Shown here: positions 39,794-52,000 of the stretch, one piece after another
Position numbering within the stretch: position 1 is the first letter of the stretch
How the letters are laid out: each line of letters starts with the position of its first letter
Source: Balanoglossus misakiensis
Lineage: Eukaryota; Animalia; Hemichordata
Direction: 5' to 3'
Assembly: GCA_040954595.2 (NCBI GenBank)
Contig: CM082589.2
Coordinates: 10,800,894-10,864,893 of the forward strand
DNA: 64,000 bases
Position numbers and translations under genes: made by a program
The notes under the pieces: model-generated
What the model saw: the letters and a program-made list of their open reading frames with translations, nothing else
What the model was told of the DNA's origin: nothing
Databases searched by the model: none

Positions 39794-42700
39794 CCAGAGC
39801 ACACAGTAACCAGGCCATAGTGGACAGTGTTCTGCCCATTAATTTTGAGTGTTTGGTGGGGTCAACCTTTGCGACAACATTAACCAGAGCACACAGTAAC
39901 CAGGCCGTAGTGGACAGTGTTCTGCCCATTAATTTTGAGTGTTTGGTGGGGTCAACCTTTGCGTCAACATTAACCAGAGCACACAGTAACCAGGCCGTAG
40001 TGGACAGTGTTCTGCCCATTAATTTTGAGTGTTTGGTGGGGTCAACCTTTGCGTCAACATTAACCAGAGCACACAGTAACCAGGCCGTAGTGGACAGTGT
40101 TCTGCCCATTAATTTTGAGTGTTTGGTGGGGTCAACCTTTGCGTCAACATTAACCAGAGCACACAGTAACCAGGCCATAGTGGACAGTGTGCTGCCCATT
40201 AATTTTGAGTGTTTGGTGGGGTCAACCTTTGCGTCAACATTAACCAGAGCACACAGTAACCAGGCCGTAGTGGACAGTGTTCTGCCCATTAATTTTGAGT
40301 GTTTGGTGGGGTCAACCTTTGCGTCAACATTAACCAGAGCACACAGTAACCAGGCCATAGTGGACAGTGTTCTGCCCATTAATTTTGAGTGTTTGGTGGG
40401 GTCAACCTTTGCGTCAACATTAACCAGAGCACACAGTAACCAGGCCGTAGTGGACAGTGTTCTGCCCATTAATTTTGAGTGTTTGGTGGGGTCAACCTTT
40501 GCGTCAACATTAACCAGAGCACACAGTAACCAGGCCGTAGTGGACAGTGTTCTGCCCATTAATTTTGAGTGTTTGGTGAGGTCAACCTTTGCGTCAACAT
40601 TAACCAGAGCACACAGTAACCAGGCCGTAGTGGACAGTGTTCTGCCCATTAATTTTGAGTGTTTGGTGGGGTCAACCTTTGCGTCAACATTAACCAGAGC
40701 ACACAGTAACCAGGCCATAGTGGACAGTGTGCTGCCCATTAATTTTGAGTGTTTGGTGGGGTCAACCTTTGCGTCAACATTAACCAGAGCACACAGTAAC
40801 CAGGCCATAGTGGACAGTGTTCTGCCCATTAATTTTGAGTGTTTGGTGGGGTCAACCTTTGCGTCAACATTAACCAGAGCACACAGTAACCAGGCCGTAG
40901 TGGACAGTGTTCTGCCCATTAATTTTGAGTGTTTGGTGGGGTCAACCTTTGCGTCAACATTAACCAGAGCACACAGTAACCAGGCCGTAGTGGACAGTGT
41001 TCTGCCCATTAATTTTGAGTGTTTGGTGGGGTCAACCTTTGCGTCAACATTAACCAGAGCACACAGTAACCAGGCCATAGTGGACAGTGTTCTGCCCATT
41101 AGTTTTGAGTGTTTGGTGGGGTCAACCTTTGCGTCAACATTAACCAGAGCACACAGTAACCAGGCCGTAGTGGACAGTGTTCTGCCCATTAATTTTGAGT
41201 GTTTGGTGGGGTCAACCTTTGCGTCAACATTAACCAGAGCACACAGTAACCAGGCCATAGTGGACAGTGTTCTGCCCATTAATTTTGAGTGTTTGGTGGG
41301 GTCAACCTTTGCGTCAACATTAACCAGAGCACACAGTAACCAGGCCGTAGTGGACAGTGTTCTGCCCATTAATTTTGAGTGTTTGGTGGGGTCAACCTTT
41401 GCGTCAACATTAACCAGAGCACACAGTAACCAGGCCGTAGTGGACAGTGTTCTGCCCATTAATTTTGAGTGTTTGGTGGGGTCAACCTTTGCGTCAACAT
41501 TAACCAGAGCACACAGTAACCAGGCCATAGTGGACAGTGTGCTGCCCATTAATTTTGAGTGTTTGGTGGGGTCAACCTTTGCGTCAACATTAACCAGAGC
41601 ACACAGTAACCAGGCCATAGTGGACAGTGTTCTGCCCATTAATTTTGAGTGTTTGGTGGGGTCAACCTTTGCGTCAACATTAACCAGAGCACACAGTAAC
41701 CAGGCCGTAGTGGACAGTGTTCTGCCCATTAATTTTGAGTGTTTGGTGGGGTCAACCTTTGCGTCAACATTAACCAGAGCACACAGTAACCAGGCCGTAG
41801 TGGACAGTGTTCTGCCCATTAATTTTGAGTGTTTGGTGGGGTCAACCTTTGCGTCAACATTAACCAGAGCACACAGTAACCAGGCCGTAGTGGACAGTGT
41901 TCTGCCCATTAATTTTGAGTGTTTGGTGGGGTCAACCTTTGCGTCAACATTAACCAGAGCACACAGTAACCAGGCCGTAGTGGACAGTGTTCTGCCCATT
42001 AATTTTGAGTGTTTGGTGGGGTCAACCTTTGCGTCAACATTAACCAGAGCACACAGTAACCAGGCCGTAGTGGACAGTGTTCTGCCCATTAATTTTGAGT
42101 GTTTGGTGGGGTCAACCTTTGCGTCAACATTAACCAGAGCACACAGTAACCAGGCCATAGTGGACAGTGTGCTGCCCATTAATTTTGAGTGTTTGGTGGG
42201 GTCAACCTTTGCGTCAACATTAACCAGAGCACACAGTAACCAGGCCATAGTGGACAGTGTTCTGCCCATTAATTTTGAGTGTTTGGTGGGGTCAACCTTT
42301 GCGTCAACATTAACCAGAGCACACAGTAACCAGGCCGTAGTGGACAGTGTTCTGCCCATTAATTTTGAGTGTTTGGTGGGGTCAACCTTTGCGTCAACAT
42401 TAACCAGAGCACACAGTAACCAGGCCGTAGTGGACAGTGTTCTGCCCATTAATTTTGAGTGTTTGGTGGGGTCAACCTTTGCGTCAACATTAACCAGAGC
42501 ACACAGTAACCAGGCCATAGTGGACAGTGTTCTGCCCATTAATTTTGAGTGTTTGGTGGGGTCAACCTTTGCGTCAACATTAACCAGAGCACACAGTAAC
42601 CAGGCCGTAGTGGACAGTGTTCTGCCCATTAATTTTGAGTGTTTGGTGGGGTCAACCTTTGCGTCAACATTAACCAGAGCACACAGTAACCAGGCCATAG

Positions 42701-42950
42701 TGGACAGTGTGCTGCCCATTAATTTTGAGTGTTTGGTGGGGTCAACCTTTGCGTCAACATTAACCAGAGCACAGAGTAACCAGGCCATAGTGGACAGTGT
42801 TCTGCCCATTAATTTTGAGTGTTTGGTGGGGTCAATCTTTGCGTCAACATTAATCAGAGCACACAGTAACCAGGCCGTAGTGGACAGTGTTCTGCCCATT
42901 AATTTTGAGTGTTTGGTGGGGTCAACCTTTGCGTCAACATTAACCAAAGC

Positions 42951-43782
42951 CACGGTTACTAGAAGAAGACGGTTAGGAAACTATTTTTTCTCCATTGTTA
43001 GATGCTCGCCTCGGTAAACACTTAGTGTAAACGAAAGATATCAGGTGCTAACGAGCCTGGCCGTACGAATAATGACGTCATTCCCCCACAATCCAAAGCA
43101 AACCATACTAGTGTTTACGGAATTGCTTGCACGCACAGTACGTAGACCACCAGAATTGAAGAAAACAGAACAGAGGATGGATAATTTATAAAGTCACAAC
43201 ACATTTATGACAATTTTGAACTTTCAAGGACATGATGAAGCCATACATTCTTTGTCTTGACTGTGCCCTAGAGATTCGATGCGAACCAAAACAAACAAGA
43301 TGGCCGCCAAAGGCTATATCGATAATGTTAAATTAACGACTGTATCGAAATGGGTATGCAATGAATCTCAACGAAATATTCCAATTGGAATAAACGAAAT
43401 AGCCCATGCAATACAAAAAGGTGTAAAATATCTAAATATATTTAAAAAAAACAGAAATGCGACCATCAGGGTTGAATTCTAGGGGTTCAAAATTCGACGC
43501 TATTTGAATCCGGATTTTAAGTTAACCACCCAAGAAACAATGGTAGAGTGTCGCAAGCCCAACAGACTATGACCGTGCACTCCATAAGCCTATATGGAAC
43601 TCGTACAAAAAAAAAGTGGCGCTGTACTCTGACGAAAAAGGGCAGATGAAGGGGTTCAAAAATTAGCTACGTTCCCCAATACAACCCCACATAGCGGTTC
43701 GGACATGGACTCTCCTAGCTAACACCTCGTTCACACCTTCCGAACAATAGAGTTTCCTAACCGTCTTCTTCTAGTAACCGTG
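42951..43782. mobile_element. 832-bp P-like element, copy 4
   Basis: Same variants as copy 2, offset 6512 bp. Confidence 0.85.
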
Positions 43783-45065
43783 CCAGAGCACACAGTAACC
43801 AGGCCATAGTGGACAGTGTTCTGCCCATTAATTTTGAGTGTTTGGTGGGGTCAACCTTTGCGTCAACATTAACCAGAGCACACAGTAACCAGGCCGTAGT
43901 GGACAGTGTTCTGCCCATTAATTTTGAGTGTTTGGTGGGGTCAACCTTTGCGTCAACATTAACTAGGCCAGAGTGGCCAGTATCGTGCCCATTAATTTTG
44001 AGTGTTTGGTGGGGTCAACCTTTGCGTCAACATTAACTAGGCCAGAGTGGCCAGTATCGTGCCCATTAATTTTGAGTGTTTGGTGGGGTCAACCTTTGCG
44101 TCAACATTAACTAGGCCAGAGTGGCCAGTATCATGCCCATTAATTTTGAGTGTTTGGTGGGGTCAACCTTTGCGTCAACATTAACTAGGCCAGAGTGGCC
44201 AGTATCCTGCCCATTAATTTTGAGTGTTTGGTGGGGTCAACCTTTGCATCAACATTAACCAGGCCAGAGTGGCCAGTGTCGTGCCCATTAATTTTGAGTT
44301 TTTGGTGGGGTCAACCTTGGCATCAACATTAACTAGGCCAGAGTGGCCAGTATCGTGCCCATTAATTTTGAGTGTTTGGTGGGGTCAACCTTTGCGTCAA
44401 CATTAACTAGGCCAGAGTGGCCAGTATCGTGCCCATTAATTTTGAGTGTTTGGTGGGGGTCAACCTTTGCGTCAACATTAACCAGAGCACACAGTAACCA
44501 GGCCGTAGTGGACAGTGTTCTGCCCATTAATTTTGAGTGTTTGGTGGGGTCAACCTTTGCGTCAACATTAACTAGGCCAGAGTGGCCAGTATCGTGCCCA
44601 TTAATTTTGTGTGTTTGGTGGGGTCAACCTTTGCGTCAACATTAACTAGGCCAGAGTGGCCAGTATCATGCCCATTAATTTTGAGTGTTTGGTGGGGTCA
44701 ACCTTTGCGTCAACATTAACTAGGCCAGAGTGGCCAGTATCCTGCCCATTAATTTTGAGTGTTTGGTGGGGTCAACCTTTGCATCAACATTAACCAGGCC
44801 AGAGTGGCCAGTGTCGTGCCCATTAATTTTGAGTTTTTGGTGGGGTCAACCTTGGCATCAACATTAACTAGGCCAGAGTGGCCAGTATCGTGCCCATTAA
44901 TTTTGAGTGTTTGGTGGGGTCAACCTTTGCGTCAACATTAACTAGGCCAGAGTGGCCAGTATCGTGCCCATTAATTTTGAGTGTTTGGTGGGGGTCAACC
45001 TTTGCGTCAACATTAACCAGAGCACACAGTAACCAGGCCGTAGTGGACAGTGTTCTGCCCATTAA

Positions 45066-48000
45066 CCCCTTGAGTACCTTGAGTGCCGGATAAAAACGGC
45101 TTTGTAACAATTAGTTATATACCTTGAGTGCCGGAAATAAACGTCATAAACTAACTGACATCTGGGATTTTTTCATTACGTGGTACCACGCTTTTCAACT
45201 GATTGCTCGACGATGTCCGTAACCGACCTGAATGAGTTTGCGCCCTCATGAGTCCGAGTACGGCCACATGTTTGCCCTGAGCAAGTAACCCTTGACCCTG
45301 ACGTCAAAAGGTCAATGTAATGATTGTGATTCATTCGATTTGTCGCACACGGAAGTGATGAAAAAGACGTTCGCGCTATGCCAAAACGTCAAAAACTCAC
45401 TGCAATACAACTTCTACAAATGTTAGAAGATGATGGGGATAGTGATTACGATGATAGCGGTACAGAAGCGGATGAAATAACGGGCGATGATGATGTTTTC
45501 AATGGGTCGGCCAGAGACGAGCATGAGGACGTGGTGACGCCGACCAGAAATGATTTTGATAATGACGATGAAGATGCGGAAAATGAGGTAAATGTCGCTA
45601 ATGTCACTAGACGTAGTGATAATGGTAGTGATGGTGGTGGTGGTGGTGACTGTAGTGGGAGAGATGGTGCTGAAATCGAAGTCAATAACAGTCGTAGTCA
45701 TAGAGATAGACGTCGCCGTCGAGGTCGAGTGGTTGGTAATGAGGGTCAAGGCGATCTGGATGCGCGCGATGTAAGACGGCGAATTCGTGACAGAAATATC
45801 CCAACAGCAAATGAAAATGATACCCCAGAAACTGTAGACGATGCAGTAGCTGAAGATCAAGTCGGTGCCAGAGGTGATCAGGCAGATAATATTCCTTGGG
45901 AATGCCCACGGTCACCACTTCATTGGGTACAAGGTCATTTTCAAGGTCCTGACCTTCATGAGTTCACTGGTACACCGGGCCTCCTGGTTGAAACGGAGGG
46001 GTTTACCCCAATTGATTTCTTCCAGCTATACGTGAATGAGGATTTGATAAACCACTTTGTCACCCAAACCAACCTATATGCCCAACAATTCATAGATGCC
46101 AATCCAGCATTGCCAAGATACTCAAATGTCCATTTCTGGCACCCAGTAGATGTTGCTACCATGAAAAAATTTCTTGGTTTACTGCTGTTGATGGGTATCA
46201 TAAAGAAACCATCCATATCACTGTATTGGTCCACTGATCCATTGTACAGCACACCATTATTTGGTAGTGTTATGACAAGAAATTATTTTCAACTACTGTT
46301 GAAATTTTTCCACCTCAACGATAACAGCATCAGTCCTGACCCCCAAGATCCACAGAGAGATAGACTTTTCAAGATCCGTCCGCTTTTAGATCACTTCTTT
46401 GAGAAGTTTCAAGCTGTGTACACCGTAGACAGAAATGTAGCTATTGATGAGTCTCTACTTCTTTGGAAAGGGCGTCTGTTCTTCAGGCAGTACATCCCAT
46501 TGAAACGAGCCAGATTCGGGATCAAGATATTTGCCCTGTGTGACAAGTCAGGGTATACTTACAGGTTTCAGGTATACACAGGACGGGAAGACAACACCCA
46601 AGATGTAACAGCCCTCCTACCAAGAAATGTCAGTCATTTCAAGAAGCCAGAAAAGATGGTGTTGTATTTAATATTACCACTCCTCGGCCAGGGATACTCA
46701 GCCTATATGGATAACTGGTACACAACATCTCGTCTCTTCTACTACTTACATCATCAGTCAACGATGGCTTGTGGTACAATTCGTCTAAACAACCTTCCAC
46801 CCGTTGTCCGTACAACCAGAGTGCCACAAGATGCAACTACATCCTTCCATAGTGGACCTCTACTCTGCCTCAAATTCAAAGACAAGAAAGATGTCCATGT
46901 CCTGACAACTATTCATGATGACAGCACGAGAGTGTACAATGCAAGGGGAAGGGCACGGCGGCAGAGACAAGTCCAGAAGCCACAGGCAGTAATCGACTAC
47001 AATACCAACATGGGAGGTGTTGATGTAGCAGATCAAGTATCCTTGAAAAGTATTATTATTGTATTTTTGTGGAATGTTGTTTCTTGCTTCTGTGTTTTGC
47101 TTTGGTTCTGACAATGGCATTGCATTTAGTACATGATTAGAATGATCAGATTCAAATTTGAAGTGGCTAAAGTGATGACTTACAAATTCTGTCCGGATAT
47201 ACTCATGCACACAAACTTTATTTATCAATTCTTACATGTAGATATTGTTTTCTCTGATTTGTGTGCATGTTTACAATTTTACTGTATTCTGGTTTATAAA
47301 CTTCATATTTATCTGTTACCGGGGTTAGATCATCCAAGTGTAGAAATGAATCCAACTATTCAATTCAATTCATTTCAAACAATTATATTTCTCATTCATT
47401 TCAATGAACAGTGAAAAGTGTGATCCTTGACGATTTGTTTCTCTAGATGATTCAACCTTACAATGCTGCCCGTAAAACACTGAAATGGTACAAGAAGTTG
47501 GCTGTGCATTTCATACAGATTGCTTTACTCAATGCTCACATTCTGTATAGAAAGAGTGGTGGACAATGTGACTTTCTGAAGTTCCAGCATCACGTAAGTA
47601 CACATTTATGCATTGTTGATATACATACACAATATGTAACAAAATGATCAGTTGCAATAAAAAATGTTTTTATTTTTGTGTAAGTACATATAGATATGTG
47701 ATATTTGTTTTATTCTCTTACATTACAGGTTATTTCCAGTCTGATCTTCAACACAGATGCACCTGACCACACCAACAAGACTGAAGCTATGATAAGATTG
47801 ACTGAGCGCCACTTTCCCAGTAAGCTGTTGCCGACAGCAACATGGAGTAAACCACAGAGAAGATGCCGTGTTTGTTCCAAGCGTGGAGTCAGACGAGATG
47901 TTAACACATACTGTGAGAGTTGTCCAAGTCAACCTGGACTCTGTAGCGTTCCATGTTTTAAAATATGGCACACACAGTTGCGATTTTGAGCCGGACACAT

Positions 48001-49048
48001 TATACGTGATAATGTTACCTCACATGATCAAGTCATTTTGATCACAAATAATATGTAAATAACAACTGAATATTTTTCAGTAAAAGAATCTACTAAATTT
48101 TAATTAATGAATCAATGTTGCTTGCTGAGTATATTTCAAGTCGCATTTATTTATTTTTAAAAAATCTAAAGCAAAATGTAATTGTTCAATGAATTTTGAA
48201 TGACACCATATATTGAATTTTAGCATGTTTTATACTGACCATGTTTTCAGTGTTGATTTGTTCAATTTATTTATCTTCATCTGAAGATAAATATGTTGTG
48301 AATGTTGTGAAAAGTTAATAAATATGTTGTTCAGTTTACATGCAACAATCTTTGTGGATATATTTGAATGCAGGTTGGGCAAGCAGAGCGAGGGAAATAA
48401 TTTCATTGAAGAGACATCACTTGTCAAATATGGCGGCCATATTGGTTTTGTCACATGGTCTGTCATGTGACCTGGCTCATGACGATCAAACAATTTTTAT
48501 CAAAAAAACACTGATCAAACTATTTATCAAAAGAACACTGGCTTGACATTATGTTGACTGCATCAACAAGTGGTGCCAACATATCTTTGATTTTACTATG
48601 CATGTAGATAATCAGCTTGTTCAGTAATAATTACATCAATCAGTTATGTCCAAATTCAATAGCATAATTTTTAATTTTCAAATATATGAAACATTCAGAG
48701 TGCCAAGAGTTGTTTGTTATTATTAAAAATGTGCAAAAAAGCATAAAATATATCTTGATATTTCATTTTAGGTTGCTCAATGGATAAATATTATTTCAAA
48801 ATATCATCAACCATTCATATTCCATGGCAGTGCTGGTCACGTGACAAGTCACATGACTGATCACGTGACACAATATTTTAATTAAAACAAAGCTTAGTTA
48901 ATAATGATTCAGAAAATATATAGTTTGTGCATTCAAACATCAACTCATCAAACACAATTGACTGTTAACTGACTACACCCAGTTTTATGCCCATTTGTAT
49001 ATATTGGCTGTGGTATATGGTATTACATAGGCAATGGTAGTCAAGGGG
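45066..49048 (+). mobile_element. Full-length piggyBac transposon (3983 bp)
   Basis: TTAA TSD at 45062-45065 and 49049-49052; 13-bp TIRs CCCCTTGAGTACC / CCCCTTGACTACC; transposase inside. Confidence 0.95.
45378..47989 (+). CDS. piggyBac transposase (PGBD4-like), spliced join(45378..47036,47447..47593,47729..47989), 688 aa
   Basis: DDD triad in VAIDESL, YMDNWY, MGGVDVAD; KWYKKL motif in exon 2; C-terminal Cys-rich domain CRVC..CESC..LCSVPCFKIWH; two phase-0 GT-AG introns. Confidence 0.92.
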
Positions 49049-52000
49049 TTAATTTTGAGTGTTTGGTGGGGTCAACCTTTGCGTCAACATTAACCAGAGC
49101 ACACAGTAACCAGGCCTTAGTGGACAGTGTGCTGCCCATTAATTTTGAGTGTTTGGAGGGGTCAACCTTTGCGTCAACATTAACCAGAGCACACAGTAAC
49201 CAGGCCATAGTGGACAGTGTTCTGCCCATTAATTTTGAGTGTTTGGTGGGGTCAACCTTTGCGTCAACATTAACCAGAGCACACAGTAACCAGGCCGTAG
49301 TGGACAGTGTTCTGCCCATTAATTTTTAGTGTTTGGTGGGGTCAACCTTTGCGTCAACATTAACCAGAGCACACAGTAACCAGGCCGTAGTGGACAGTGT
49401 TCTGCCCATTAATTTTGAGTGTTTGGTGGGGTCAACCTTTGCGTCAACATTAACCAGAGCACACAGTAACCAGGCCATAGTGGACAGTGTTCTGCCCATT
49501 AATTTTGAGTGTTTGGTGGGGTCAACCTTTGCGTCAACATTAACCAGAGCACACAGTAACCAGGCCGTAGTGGACAGTGTTCTGCCCATTAATTTTGAGT
49601 GTTTGGTGGGGTCAACCTTTGCGTCAACATTAACCAGAGCACACAGTAACCAGGCCATAGTGGACAGTATGCTGCCCATTGATTTTGAGTGTTTGGTGGC
49701 GTCAACCTTTGCGTCAACATTAACCAGAGCACACAATAACCAGGCCGTAGTGGACAGTGTTCTGCCCATTAATTTTGAGTGTTTGGTGGGGTCAACCTTT
49801 GCGTCAACATTAACCAGAGCACACAGTAACCAGGCCATAGTGGACAGTGTTCTGCCCATTAATTTTGAGTGTTTGGTGGGGTCAACCTTTGCGTCAACAT
49901 TAACCAGAGCACACAGTAACCAGGCCGTAGTGGACAGTGTGCTGCCCATTAATTTTGAGTGTTTGGTGGGGTCAACCTTTGCGTCAACATTAACTAGGCC
50001 AGAGTGGCCAGTATCGTGCCCATTAATTTTGAGTGTTTGGTGGGGGTCAACCTTTGCGTCAACATTAACTAGGCCAGAGTGGCCAGTATCCTGCCCATTA
50101 ATTTTGAGTGTTTGGTGGGGTCAACCTTTGCATCAACATTAACCAGAGCACACAGTAACCAGGCCATAGTGGACAGTGTTCTGCCCATTAATTTTGAGTG
50201 TTTGGTGGGGTCAACCTTTGCATCAACATTAACCAGAGCACACAGTAACCAGGCCGTAGTGGACAGTGTGCTGCCCATTAATTTTGAGTGTTTGGTGGGG
50301 TCAACCTTTGCGTCAACATTAACCAGAGCACACAGTAACCAGGCCATAGTGGACAGTATGCTGCCCATTGATTTTGAGTGTTTGGTGGGGTCAACCTTTG
50401 CGTCAACATTAACTAGGCCAGAGTGGCCAGTATCGTGCCCATTAATTTTAAGTGTTTGGTGGGGGTCAACCTTTGCGTCAACATTAACCAGAGCACACAG
50501 TAACCAGGCCGTAGTGGACAGTGTTCTGCCCATTAATTTTGAGTGTTTGGTGGGGTCAACCTTTGCGTCAACATTAACCAGAGCACACAGTAACCAGGCC
50601 TTAGTGGACAGTGTGCTGCCCATTAATTTTGAGTGTTTGGTGGGGTCAACCTTTGCGTCAACATTAACCAGAGCACACAGTAACCAGGCCATAGTGGACA
50701 GTGTTCTGCCCATTAATTTTGAGTGTTTGGTGGGGTCAACCTTTGCGTCAACATTAACCAGAGCACACAGTAACCAGGCCGTAGTGGACAGTGTTCTGCC
50801 CATTAATTTTGAGTGTTTGGTGGGGTCAACCTTTGCGTCAACATTAACCAGAGCACACAGTAACCAGGCCGTAGTGGACAGTGTTCTGCCCATTAATTTT
50901 GAGTGTTTGGTGGGGTCAACCTTTGCGTCAACATTAACCAGAGCACACAGTAACCAGGCCATAGTGGACAGTGTTCTGCCCATTAATTTTGAGTGTTTGG
51001 TGGGGTCAACCTTTGCGTCAACATTAACCAGAGCACACAGTAACCAGGCCGTAGTGGACAGTGTTCTGCCCATTAATTTTGAGTGTTTGGTGGGGTCAAC
51101 CTTTGCGTCAACATTAACCAGAGCACACAGTAACCAGGCCGTAGTGGACAGTGTTCTGCCCATTAATTTTGAGTGTTTGGTGGGGTCAACCTTTGCGTCA
51201 ACATTAACCAGAGCACACAGTAACCAGGCCATAGTGGACAGTATGCTGCCCATTGATTTTGAGTGTTTGGTGGGGTCAACCTTTGCGTCAACATTAACCA
51301 GAGCACACAGTAACCAGGCCATAGTGGACAGTGTTCTGCCCATTAATTTTGAGTGTTTGGTGGGGTCAACCTTTGCGTCAACATTAACCAGAGCACACAG
51401 TAACCAGGCCGTAGTGGACAGTGTGCTGCCCATTAATTTTGAGTGTTTGGTGGGGTCAACCTTTGCGTCAACATTAACTAGGCCAGAGTGGCCAGTATCC
51501 TGCCCATTAATTTTGAGTGTTTGGTGGGGTCAACCTTTGCGTCAACATTAACCAGAGCACACAGTAACCAGGCCGTAGTGGACAGTGTTCTGCCCATTAA
51601 TTTTGAGTGTTTGGTGGGGTCAACCTTTGCGTCAACATTAACCAGAGCACACAGTAACCAGGCCATAGTGGACAGTATGCTGCCCATTGATTTTGAGTGT
51701 TTGGTGGCGTCAACCTTTGCGTCAACATTAACCAGAGCACACAATAACCAGGCCGTAGTGGACAGTGTTCTGCCCATTAATTTTGAGTGTTTGGTGGGGT
51801 CAACCTTTGCGTCAACATTAACCAGAGCACACAGTAACCAGGCCATAGTGGACAGTGTTCTGCCCATTAATTTTGAGTGTTTGGTGGGGTCAACCTTTGC
51901 GTCAACATTAACCAGAGCACACAGTAACCAGGCCGTAGTGGACAGTGTGCTGCCCATTAATTTTGAGTGTTTGGTGGGGTCAACCTTTGCGTCAACATTA

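Noticed and set aside
28949-43017. >1000-aa ORFs on both strands of the satellite (repeat protein hypothesis)
   Set aside because: A 90-bp unit with a stop-free frame gives long ORFs automatically; 74-bp monomers and an extra G break the frame freely, variants are often non-synonymous, and most + strand starts are GTG with no gene structure
45423-46836. Antisense ORFs in the transposase
   Set aside because: Shadow frames of the coding strand with no motifs
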